Shown here one piece after another: positions 1 through 11,551 of a stretch of 64,000 bases of DNA (its first letter is position 1; the number at the start of each line of letters is the position of its first letter). The stretch comes from Eledone cirrhosa (lineage: Eukaryota). The position numbers and the translations under genes were made by a program. Location of the stretch: NCBI GenBank assembly GCA_964016885.1, contig OZ024745.1:43152001-43216000 (forward strand). The letters run 5' to 3'. The notes beneath the pieces were generated by a model. The model saw only the letters and a list, made by a program, of their open reading frames with translations. It did no database searches and was not told where the DNA came from.

Positions 1-1768
1 ATCAGAAAAAGGAGGCCTGGAAATGTCATTATGAGAGACTAATGAATGTGGAGAACAAATGGGAGAGAGAGAAATTACCCTTGGTAGATCCGACAGAGGG
101 ACCAGCTATTGAGATTGACGAATATAGGGTCCAAGTTGCAATTAGGGAAATGAAAAATGGTAAGGCTGCCGGACCATCGGGAATAGTTGCTGAGATGCTG
201 AAGGCATCAGGGGACGGAGGCACTAAACTGGTTGCACGCATCATCAATCAAGCTATATATGGTGGTGTCATACCCAATTTCTCATAAATTGCTACAAAGG
301 TAAAGGGGATGCTCTTGAGAGGAGCAATTATAGGGGTATAAAACTGATGGATCAGGTTATGAAAATGGCAGAAAGGATATTAGCACAACTAATTAGAGAA
401 AGGGTCAAACTAGATGAGATGCAGTTTGGTTTTGTGCCTGGGAAGAGTACAACAGATGCCCTCTTCTTGGTGAGACAATTGCAAGAGAGGTTCTTAGAGA
501 AAAATAAGCCACTATACTTAGCCTTTGTTGACCTAGAGAAGGCCTTTGATAGGGTACCCCAATCTGTCATCTGGTGGTCCCTAAGGAAGCTAGGTGTTGA
601 GGAATGGCTTGTGAGGACAGTGCAAACTTTGTACAGAGGTACTCTCAGTAAAGTCAGGGTAGGAATGGAGTTTAGTGAGGAATTCCAGATACAAGTAGGA
701 GTACATCAGGGTTCGGTCCTCAGCCCGCTCTTGTTCATTATAGTCCTCCAAGCCATAACAGAGGAGTTTAAGACTGGCTGTCCATGGGAACTTCTCTATG
801 CTGACGATATGGTTCTTATAGCAGAATCAGTAGCGGAGCTAGAGAATAAATTCTGGCTATGGAAACAGCAGTTGGAAGCAAGAGGACTGAGAGTGCATCT
901 AGCTAAGACAAAAGTGTTGATGAGTAGAAAAGAGGACAAAACCCTGATTCCGTAAGGGAAATGGCCATGTTCGATATGCAGAAAAGGAACTGGCATAAAT
1001 TCTATAAAATGCACACAATGCAGATCCTGGGTACACAAGAGATGTAGCGAGATAGCAAGCAAACTAACAGGTAGGGAGAAATATGTATGCAGTAGATGTA
1101 CAGGGAAATTAGACAGTAGAAGTCGCATTGATAGACACATTTTTCAAATGCAAGAGGGCGCTATAGAAGTGGTGGATAGCTTCCGGTACCTAGGAGATTA
1201 GATTAGCGTGTTCCGAGGCCATAGTATCTAGAATAAGGACGGGTTGGAAGAAGTTTAGGGAGCTGCTTCCTCTGTTGACGAAGAAGGGTTTCTCCCTGCG
1301 TACGAAAGGCCGGTTGTATGATGCCTGTGTGAGGAGCGCGATGCTGCATGGTAGTGAGACATGGGCAGCAACTGCAGAGGATATGCGATGGCTGGAGAGA
1401 AATGAGGCAAGCATGCTCCGTTGGATGTGCAGTGTAAATGTGCGTGAACGACCCAGCATAAATGTGTTGAGAGAGAAACTGTGTCTGAGAGGGATAGAAT
1501 GTAGTGTATGGGAGAGGAGACTGAGGTGGTATGGACATGTGATGCGCATGGAGGATGACCGATGGGTGAAGAAGTGCCAGGAAATGCCAGTTGAAGGAAG
1601 ACGTGGTAGAGGTAGACCACGAAAAACATGGGCAGAGGTGGTGAGAACAGATCTCAGATCATTGAAGCTCACGGTGGAGATGACGAGGGGAGAGATGCTG
1701 TGCTGAATAAGACCCGTCCCACCCTTGCAAGCAGGGAAAAGCGGACGTAAAATGATGATGATGATGAT
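1..1768 (+). mobile_element. RTE-clade LINE, RT and C-terminal part, defective (copy 1; runs off the window start)
   Basis: ORF fragments with [51 protein letters not shown] and GRPRKTW. Contains frameshifts and stops. Ends in a (GAT)n tail followed by (TA)n. Confidence 0.93.
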
Positions 1769-1923
1769 ATATATATATATATATATTAGAAAGTGAGGGT
1801 TTTTTTACAAAATGAAAAATAACCGAGGTGTCCTACACGAGTGAAAGTATAAAGAAAAAGAGATGAAATTGAAAATGCAACTGGAGTCTTATTTTTTTAA
1901 AAAATATATATATTTATTTGGTT

Positions 1924-1961
1924 CCTTTACCGGTTTCGCAGTTCTTCTGCTTTTCAAAAGG
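1924..1961 (-). ncRNA. Penelope-type minimal hammerhead ribozyme motif (U3-A8 variant)
   Basis: Minus strand reads CCTT-TTGAAAA-GCAG-aagaa-CTGC-GAAA-CCGG-TA-AAGG: stem I, core, stem II, GAAA, palindromic stem III loop, UH site, stem I partner. Confidence 0.7.
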
Positions 1962-2023
1962 TGAGTTGAGATGGAGGGTCTGTGGTTTTTCTCACATATA
2001 TACATATATATATTCATTTCATT

Positions 2024-2350
2024 TCATTTTACGTCCGCTTTTCTCTGCTTGCAAGGGTGGGACGGGAACTGATTCTGGCATGATTTCTACAGCTGGATGC
2101 CCTTCCTAACACCAACCTCATTTACAGTGAGTGCTGGGTGCTTTTTTGCCGTGGCACCTCCACGACCACTTTGCAGTGGAATGATAGAGACCCCAGTCCC
2201 TATCATCTCATTTCTACAGCTGAGTAAACTGGAGCAATTTGAAATAAAGTCTCTTGCTCAAGGAAACAACACATCACCCGGTCTGAGAATTGAACTTACA
2301 ACCTTTCGATTGCAAGGCCAATGTTCTAACCACTAAGCCATATACCTCCA
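2024..2350 (-). mobile_element. tRNA-derived SINE with CORE-like domain and RTE-derived 3' end
   Basis: Minus strand has A box TGGCTTAGTGG, B-box-like AAGTTCAATTC, a TCCTTGAGCAAGAGACTT core, and a 3' end CCCACCCTTGCAAGCAG...GGACGTAAAATG matching the RTE tail at 1717-1755. Confidence 0.8.
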
Positions 2351-2454
2351 TTATTTTTTATATATATATATATAATTATGGAATATTGTTGGCTTTTCGC
2401 TACAATGTTTTCTATACCTTTCATTTATATATATGCATATATATATATATAAAA

Positions 2455-2980
2455 AATAGACGGTAGCCACGGAGTAGGCAGACCCAGAAAAACCTGGGAG
2501 GACTTGATAAATTCCGACCTCACACACTTACACCTCTCCAAGGCAATGTCACTGGACTGAGATCTTTGGCGCTACACAGTCATACAGAAGACCTGCCTTG
2601 CCTAGGTACAAAGCGAAACCTACAGTCAGTAGGCACCTCTAACAAAAGACACCCCGTCCCACTACCCCCACCCCATCCACACCACCCCCTTAAATGTGAA
2701 GTTATGTTGGTACCACAACATCCAGTCCGAAACAAGTGAGGTTGTGTATGTGTCACAGTAAAAAAACACACAGTCCACGCTGTAATGTTGCCATGTAGGT
2801 AACACAGTAAAAACCTCCCAGTCCACACTGTAAACGTGGTTGGTGTTAGGAAGGGCATCCAGCCAGAGAAAACCCGCCAGACAGTCCTATACGAGCAGGA
2901 CAACAAATCTTGCTTCAAGTGGGAAAACTCCCGTCCAAACCCATGCAAGCGTGGAAGATGGACGTTAAACGATGATGATA
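2455..2980 (+). mobile_element. 3' end and 3' UTR of a second RTE family
   Basis: Reads DGSHGVGRPRKTWEDLINSDL, then a UTR with GTTAGGAAGGGCATCCAG and a GATGATGAT tail. Related copy on the minus strand near 22325-22690. Confidence 0.65.
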
Positions 2981-2981
2981 C

Positions 2982-3049
<68 letters not shown>

Positions 3050-3560
3050 ATATATATACATATATGAATATATATATATATATATACATGTATGTATGTA
3101 TGTATACGTACATACGTATATGTATACAGACGTACAGTAGTATGTATATATATACACACATGCACACATGCACGTATCGGTTTACCAAACATTTATTATA
3201 ATGCTGTTGTAAACAAACAAACAGCCCGAATTTGTTCGTTTACAAACAAACAAACCGACCATTATAATAAATGTTCGGTAAACCGATACATGCATATATA
3301 TACATACTACTGTACGTCTGTATACATATATGTATGTACGTATACATACATACATACTTACATTTAAGTAAGTGCCCTACTAAGAGTGAGAAATGAAATT
3401 TTGTTTCATTCTATTCCATTTATATATATATATGTATATATTTATACATATATATGTTTTTTTGTTTTTTTATATATATATATATATACACATACATATA
3501 TATGTATATATGTATATATATATGTTTTTTGTTTTTTATATATATATATATATGTTTTTT
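2978..3560. repeat. (TA)n-rich microsatellite containing an internal foldback
   Basis: TA/TATG arrays seen directly. Confidence 0.9.
3088..3357. repeat. Imperfect palindrome / MITE-like foldback
   Basis: CAGACGTACAGTAGTATG pairs with CATACTACTGTACGTCTG, and GTATCGGTTTACCAAACATTTATTATAATG pairs with CATTATAATAAATGTTCGGTAAACCGATAC. Confidence 0.8.
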
Positions 3561-3599
3561 GTTTTTTTATGACCATGCTGTAAAATGGAGGGGTAGAGA

Positions 3600-6561
3600 G
3601 GGCCCTTGAGTCTGGTAAGACATCCTCTCTAGTGTTGGTGGCACAAATAAAAGCACCCAGTCCATGCTGAAAGTGGCGCTGGTGTTAGGAAGGGCATCCA
3701 AACAGTGTATCAATGCCAAAGCGCTTGGCAACACAGCAACAAATAGATAGCAACAACAAAATATGAAGGCGTCGCATCTCAGAGTTGCAACACTTAATGT
3801 TGGCACTCTCAGAGGTAGATCTGCTGAAATAACGGAGATACTGGAGAGAAGGCATGTGGATGCGTGCAAGAGGTGAGATGGAGAGGTGCCTCTGCGAGAC
3901 TAGTCGTAGGCAAGCATCTAAGCTATAAGCTTTTCTGAGTAGGTAAGGATGATGGGTTAGGGGGAGTAGGCATTTTCCTGGCTGAGAGATGGATCAATAA
4001 GACAATAGAGGTAGTTCGAGTTAGTAATCGAATAATTAAGCTTAGATTAGTTGTAGGCAGGAGGCTACTGACAATCATCTCTGCCTATGCTCCCCAAGCA
4101 GGCCTACGCAAAGATGAGAAAGACTGCTTTTACGAGCAACTTTTACAAACAACCGTAATGACAGAGGACGGAGGCATCGTTATGCTAGCAGGGGACTTCA
4201 ATGGTCATGTTGAACAGCTCCAGGATGGTTACACTGGGGTACATGGTGGGCACGGTTATGGCTCAAGAAATGAAGTAGTGAGACTTCTTGAATTTTGTGA
4301 TGCAAGTACACTGACTATTTGCAACACAAACTTCCAGAAACCTGCCAATCACCTAATAACCTACAAATCTGGCGAGCACATAAGCCAGATTGACTTCTTA
4401 CTAGTTAGGCAACGGTACAGGCAGATATTGTCTAATACCAAGGCCTGGGGAATAATATATCCCACAGCATAGGTTAGTCGTTAGTGATATCTCAGTAAGC
4501 AAGAGATGGAATGAGACATACAGGAAGGTGTGGAGAAGAAAGGTCTGGAAGCTAAAAGACCTTTCACTAAAATACAAATTTAGGAAAGCCCTTCAAGATG
4601 TATATGACGAAAAAGAAGACGATTTAGAGACGTATGACATAGATAATAACTGGAATTTCTTACGTGACAACTTACTGCAGGCTACTGATGAAACTTTTGG
4701 CTGGAGCAGAGCTCCAACCAGACAGAGTGACCTGGTGGTGGAACAGCACAGTAGATAAGGCCATTAGAGACAAAAGACTAGCATGGAAGGCTTGAAAAAA
4801 GGGTGGGAGTAGCGAAGAATATACAGCCGCTAAGAGAGAAGCTAGACGTCAGGTGTATTTAGCACGCAGGGAGGCTGAGAGTAGGTTTGCCAATGTTCTG
4901 CGACGGGAAGATCAGAGGCGTGCGGTGTTCCACATTGCAAGGCAGTGTGTCAATGCAAATCAGGATGTTGTTGGAGATAAATGTGTCCGGAATGATGCCA
5001 GTGTACGATCAGAAAAAGGAGGCCTGGAAATGTCATTATGAGAGACTGATGAATGTGGAGAATGAATGGGAGTGAGAGAAATTACCCTTAGTAGATCCGA
5101 CAGAGGGACCAGCTATTGAGATTGACGAATATAGGGTCCAAGAGGCGATTAAGGAAATGAAAAATGGTAAGGCTGCTGGACCATCGAGAATAGTTGCTGA
5201 GATGCTGAAGGCATCAGGGGACGGAGGCACTAAACTGGTTGCACGCATCATCAATCAAGCTATATATGGTGGTGTCATACCCAATTTCTCATAAATTGCT
5301 ACAAAGGTAAAGGGGATGCTCTTGAGAGGAGCAATTATAGGGGTATAAAACTGATGGATCAGGTTATGAAAATGGCAGAAAGGATATTAGCACAACTAAT
5401 TAGAGAAAGGGTCAAACTAGATGAGATGCAGTTTGGTTTTGTGCCTGGGAAGAGTACAACAGATGCCCTCTTCTTGGTGAGACAATTGCAAGAGAGGTTC
5501 TTAGAGAAAAATAAGCCACTATACTTAGCCTTTGTTGACCTAGAGAAGGCCTTTGATAGGGTACCCCGATCTGTCAATTGGTGGTCCCTAAGGAAACTAG
5601 GTGTTGAGGAATTGCTTGTGAGGACAGTGCAAACTCTGTACAGAGGTACTCTCAGTAAAGTCAGGGTAGGAATGGAGTTTAGTGAGGAATTCAAGATACA
5701 AGTAGGAGTACATCAAGGTTCAGTCCTCAGCCCGCTCTTGTTCATTATAGTCCTCCAAACCATAACAGAGGAGTTTAAGACTGGCTGTCCATGGGAACTA
5801 TGCTGACGATCTGGTTCTTATAGCAGAATCAGTAGAGAAGCTAGAGAATAAATTCTGGCTATAGAAACAGCAGTTGGAAGCAAGAGGACTGAGAGTGAAC
5901 CTAGCAGGGAAATTAGACAGTAGAAGTTGCATTGATAGACACATTTTTCAAATGCAGGAGGGTGCTATAGAAGTGGTGGATAGCTTCCGGTACCTAGGAG
6001 ATCAGATTAGCATGGGAAGGGGGTATTCCGAGGCCATAGTATCTAGAATAAGGATGGGTTGGAAGAAGTTTAGGGAGCTGCTTCCTCTGCTAACGAAGAA
6101 GAGTTTCTCCCTGCGTACGAAAGGCCGGTTATATAATGCCTGTGTGATGGTAGTGAGACTGCAGAGGATATGCGACGGCTGGAGAGAAATGAGGCAAGCA
6201 TGCACCGTTGGATGGGCAGTGTAAATGTGCGTGAACGACCCAGCATGAATATGTTGAGAGAGAAACTGTGCCTGAGAGGGATAGAATGTAGTGTACGGGA
6301 GAGGAGACTGAGGTGGTATGGACATGTGATGCGCATGGAGGATGACCGATGGGTGAAGAAGTGCCAGGAAATGCCAATTGAAGGAAGACGTGGTAGAGGT
6401 AGACCACAAAAAAAATGGGCGGAGGTGGTGAGAACAGACCTCAGATCGTTGAAGCTCACGGTGGAGATGACGAGGGACCGTGAAGAGTGGAGAGATGCTG
6501 TGCTGAATAAGACCCGTCCCACCCTTGCAAGCAGGGAAGAGAGGACGTAAAGTGATGATGA

Positions 6562-6565
<4 letters not shown>
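3600..6565 (+). mobile_element. Near full-length defective RTE-clade LINE (APE endonuclease + RT), copy 2
   Basis: ATG at 3763 opens MKASHLRVATLNVGTLRGR. Also SAYAPQAG, AGDFNGHV and SQIDFLLV (APE), RT motifs and a (GAT)n tail. Many stops and deletions. The 5' boundary is approximate. Confidence 0.93.
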
Positions 6566-6600
<35 letters not shown>

Positions 6601-6748
6601 TGTATATATATATACATATATGTATATACATATACATATATATATATGTATATATATATATGTAAATATATATATATGTAAATATTTATATATATATATA
6701 TGTAAATATATGTATATATATATATGTATATATATATATATGTATATT

Positions 6749-6779
<31 letters not shown>

Positions 6780-6832
6780 GTGTATATCTATGTATATATA
6801 TATATGTATATATATATATGTATATATATATG

Positions 6833-6881
<49 letters not shown>

Positions 6882-7179
6882 CTATATATATATATGTATA
6901 TCTATATATGTATATATATATATGCGTAAATATATATATATATGTATATATGTATATATATATATGCGTAAATATATATATATATGTATATATGTATATA
7001 CATATATGTATATATTTATATATATATGTATATCTATATACATATATGTATATTTGTATATACATATATGTATATACATATATATGTATATACATATATG
7101 TATAAATACATTTCAGAAGATCCCGTTGAGGGTGAAAGCAGCGATTCTTTGCTTAAACTTTAATCTGTAATTTTAATAA

Positions 7180-7210
<31 letters not shown>

Positions 7211-7268
7211 CATACATATATACATATATATACATACATATATATAAATACATATATATAAATACATA

Positions 7269-7359
<91 letters not shown>

Positions 7360-7360
7360 C

Positions 7361-7440
<80 letters not shown>
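6565..7440. repeat. Long (TA)n/(TATG)n microsatellite
   Basis: Seen directly. It explains the Y/I-rich spurious ORFs. Confidence 0.95.
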
Positions 7441-7445
<5 letters not shown>

Positions 7446-9067
7446 AAGATGAATATAAAATGAAAGTGCTTTTTTTGAAAAGGAATTTATTAGGTATTGA
7501 CATATGTTTCTGTAACAGACGGAATACCTACGTATCGCTGCTTGCGTAATCATATAATGTTAGCAAGTATTCGATAGCAAATGTATAATCAGTTGTCACT
7601 TCTTCAGAGATTTTGGATAAACTGGATAAAATCAGAAAAATTGAAGTATTTATATTAGTAATAGAGGAAGAAGAGAGGGGATAGTATATGACAGATGGTA
7701 ATTCAATTTACTGCTAAACAAGTATATAAAGGGTTTCTAATGAGAATACCATGAGTATATGGTTCATTTTATCTAAATAAGAATTTTTGGGAGTGCCAAT
7801 TTTAATCTCTACTTGACCAATTGGACAGTGGACAGGGCTGGTCATTTGGTGTAGTAGTATTAATTATAAAGTGTGTCCAACCAGGGATGTGTCCGTTGAA
7901 CAATCAGTGTCTTGAACGCAACATCGTATACAAATGTACTATCGATTCGGATAGACAGAAGTGGTACTACGTGGGATCTACAGCCACCTCCTTCAAATCA
8001 CGCCTTTATAGACATCTTTACTCGATAAAACATGAAAACCAGCGTTATGTAACAACACTCGCAGACAAGGCTTGGCAGCTGCGTGAAAATAACCAACAAT
8101 TTCACCTAAAATGGGATATAATAGCGTCTGCCCCCCCCCCCCCCCCCCATACTCCCATGGACAGGAATTTTGTAAATTATGTAATGTAGAATTATTTTAT
8201 ATTATGAAATCCCAAAACATTTTATTAAATAACAGAATAGAGCGATCGTTATACTGTAACCATTGCTTAAAATCTACATTTTCATATTATAAATACTACC
8301 AGGATTGAACGCCTGTCTATATCTCCGTTTGATTGTCAAAATAGATATTAACATTCTCTATTAGTCTTAATTCTATCAACTCTTCTACTATTTACCATTT
8401 AATATAAACTGCTATAGATAAAATGAGATTTCTGATCTCTTAATTCAATTCCCTAATGCATATACCAGCTGGCTACTAGCATTGATGTTATTCAGCAGCA
8501 ATCGAAATCTCCCCCTTCCCCAATTGACACTTTATAATTAATACTACTACACCAAATGACCAGCCCTGTCCACTGTCCAATTGGTCAAGTAGAGATTAAA
8601 ATTGGCACTCCCAAAAATTCTTATTTAGATAAAATGAACCATTTACTCATGGTATTCTCATTAGAAACCCTTTATATACTTGTTTAGCAGTAAATTGAAT
8701 TACCATCTGTCATATACTATCCCCTCTCTTCTTCCTCTATTACTAATATAAATACTTCAATTTTTCTGATTTTATCCAGTTTATCCAAAATCTCTGAAGA
8801 AGTGACAACTGATTATACATTTGCTATCGAATACTTGCTAACATTATATGATTACGCAAGCAGCGATACATAGGTATTCCGTCTGTTACAGAAACATATG
8901 TCAATACCTAATAAATTCCTTTTCAAAAAAAGCACTTTGATTTTATATTCATCTTTTCTACATTTTCTCCGGAATATAATTTATACTCGTTGAGCAAACC
9001 TACACGTACGCTGTTCATCTCTAACGTAACGATATATTATCACTACATTATTGATAACCTGAAATTT
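7441..9067 (+). mobile_element. 5'-truncated Penelope-like element: inverted pseudo-LTR, GIY-YIG endonuclease fragment, pseudo-LTR
   Basis: 7880-8308 encodes CPLNNQCLERNIVYKC..YYVGST..FKSRLYRH..LKWDII and CKLCNVE..LLNNRIE..CNH, with a frameshift at the poly-C run. 7441-7875 is the reverse complement of about 8527-8960. Flanked by (TA)n on both sides. Confidence 0.85.
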
Positions 9068-10210
9068 TATATATATATATATATATATATGTACATACAT
9101 ATATATATATATATATATACATGCATACATATATATACCTATATATTTGGCTTCCAAATTAAATTTCTATTTCTATGTTAGTTAGTTTTAAAAAGGAGGG
9201 AAGTTTACTGGTAGAGTTGTTAGAATGTTGGATAAAATACTTTACTGTATTCACTCTGGTTCTCTGTGTTCCGAGTTCAAAACCCACTGAGGTCAGCATT
9301 GCCTTTTATCTTTTCAAGGTTAATAAAAGAAGTACCAGTCCAATTCCTCCTCTATATCTCTATCGCACTTCCTCTCTTTCATCTCCCCCTACCTTCTCTA
9401 GAAGAAATTCAGACTTGTAGAGGGCATGGGCTCTGCTAGCTATGTTTCAGAATGCCTAAGAGACTCTATATGTCACTGGTGTGCCAATGATTCTATCAGG
9501 AGTTATGAGGCCATACATAATTTAAAAAAAAATTTATTTGTTTGTCCAAGGATGAAGAGCAAAGCTCAAATTTCTTGCATACTCTTATAGACAGAAATAT
9601 GGGGATGAATATCTTAGTGAAGTTGATACGGTTTAAGACTAATTGAAACTTTTGAAGACTAGATGTTGGAAGGGATAAGAGAGATAAAATAGAATGCCAG
9701 GTGGATATAGTTTAAAGATGAGGTATCAGGTGAAATGTTTTTATAGTTTTTGGTTCGATGACAGAGCAGGAGTGATGAAAGGAAAAAGCAATTATAACAA
9801 GTTGGTTTAGGTTAGTCGTGGGCTGCTTCTGGTCTAGTACTTATTCTCTGGGTGGACTTTTGCTCTTGATAAAATGGAGTCACAATAAAATTCACTCAGT
9901 ACACAATGTAAAGTGTGCCATGATAAAATTCACCCAGTACACTATGTAACTCTGCATTGCTGATGTTATGATGAAATCAGCTAATACACCCTGTGAAGTG
10001 GTTGATGTTAGGAAGAGCAGCCAGCTGTTGATGTTAGGAAGGGCAGCACCCTGTCAAATATAGAACATATTAGCAAGATGATCTGACCTGTCTAGTCTCA
10101 GACAGTGATGACCTGTCTAACTGATGCCAACATGGAAGGCAGATATGAAATGATAAGGATTTCCTATCCAGCAAAATCTTTATTAAAATTCTCTGTATTT
10201 TATTTTACAG

Positions 10211-10337
10211 GTACACGTTATAGTGAAATTAATAAAAAAATTGAGAGGTTTATCAACAAGAAAAAGATTTTCCCAGATTACTTTGATATAAAAAATATCA
10301 TCAATCATGTGAACACTACGCATCAGTTATATTTAGG
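10211..10337 (+). CDS. DAXX: Death domain-associated protein 6 (H3.3 chaperone), internal exon; upstream exons not found in the window
   Basis: GTRYSEINKKIERFINKKKIFPDYFDI matches human DAXX GTRYPEVNRRIERLINK..FPDYGDV. Borders are TTTTACAG| and |GTAAGT. Exon chain: 10211-10337, 10825-10944, 14145-14232, 17957-18086, 19596-20407, all in phase. Confidence 0.93.
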
Positions 10338-10824
10338 GTAAGTTAAAATTATTAAGCTTAAAAATGGGACTATTCTCTTTGTTGCGTTTTTGGTTTTGAA
10401 TGTATGCCATTAATTTTCAATATGCATATGGCATGGCTATATGGTTTTGGGTTCTATCTCACTGTATGCTGTCTTTTATAGCCTCTAGATGATCAATGCC
10501 ATGTGAGTGATTTGGTAGCCTGAAACTAAATGGAAACACATTGTATATGTGTGTGCATACATGCATGTATTTGTGTCCCTGTTTTCATGTTGCATTTGAT
10601 AATGCTGGCATAGGTAGTGAGGTTTGGTTGCACCCCAGAAGTCCTGCGGCTCATCAGTTTGTTGTGCAATCAATAGGAAGGACATCTAGCTGTAAAATAC
10701 TACCTCACTACCTGGCTTGTCCAGCCCATGCTAGCATGGGAAAAATGACGTAAAAATGTTTTTGTTGATAATAATGCTTTATTTTCTGTTGTAAATTTCT
10801 AATATGAATTGCCATCTACTTCAG

Positions 10825-10944
10825 AAAAACAACCATTGAAGATTTAGCCAGAGAAGCATTTACCGATGTTGGAAATCAACTCCAGTATAGGCGCCATCGA
10901 GACTTTATCTTAACATTTGGAAATAGTCAAACTGAAGCATACAA
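10825..10944 (+). CDS. DAXX: DAXX exon (histone-binding domain)
   Basis: KTTIEDLAREAFTDVGNQLQYRRHRDFILTFG matches human MAQDAFRDVGIRLQERRHLDLIYNFG. AG/GT borders, phase 2/2. Confidence 0.92.
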
Positions 10945-11112
10945 GTATATACCTGCTTTTTCTTATTGATTTCATATCTTTGATGGTAGATTGGGAGGAC
11001 TCTTAAGTTGTGTCAAAGTCATGACAACCTCCCTTGTGTTAGTGTTACGATTGAATTCACCCAGTACACTATGTTCTGGAATGTATGTAAAAGATGATGA
11101 TCAATAGTGGCA

Positions 11113-11551
11113 TCACATATGACCTGTATTAAAGGTCTTTATGCACAATTCTCCCAACAGTGTGCCTTGAAACCTTGAACTCCTTAACAATAGGGCTAAT
11201 TGACTTTCTGGTGTTCTTATTGATAATTGTCTGCATCTTCTGTACAAATTTGGTGTTCTAATGGTATTAGGACCCTTAGCAGGAGTTTTATGTTTGGTTA
11301 CTGCTGTAGAATCCCCATCGGTGGCATCCAACTCTTTGCAAGCTTTGACAACAAATATCTGTTTAACTTTGAAGAAGTAAGCAATCGCTAAATCACTTTG
11401 CATGTAAGGCAACGATTTCAGCAAGATGTTTCATTTGCAGAGTTAGATTTATATCTGTCATCATTTATCTGAAAAGAAATGATAATCAGAACAAGTTAGA
11501 AAAGATTAGATCTATTAAGACATGTCGTCAAAGAACTGAGCCACCCTGTAT
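11113..11551 (-). mobile_element. Degraded Tc1/mariner transposon 5' part
   Basis: TA-CAGGGTGG terminus at about 11550 on the minus strand, and a decayed N-terminal HTH-like segment including GTVGRIVHKDL-like sequence near 11135-11170. Confidence 0.5.

Noticed and set aside
6620-7553. Y/I/M/C-rich ORFs here, at 2580-3583 and at 54736-55405
   Set aside because: Translations of (TA)n/(TG)n microsatellites, which lack stop codons.
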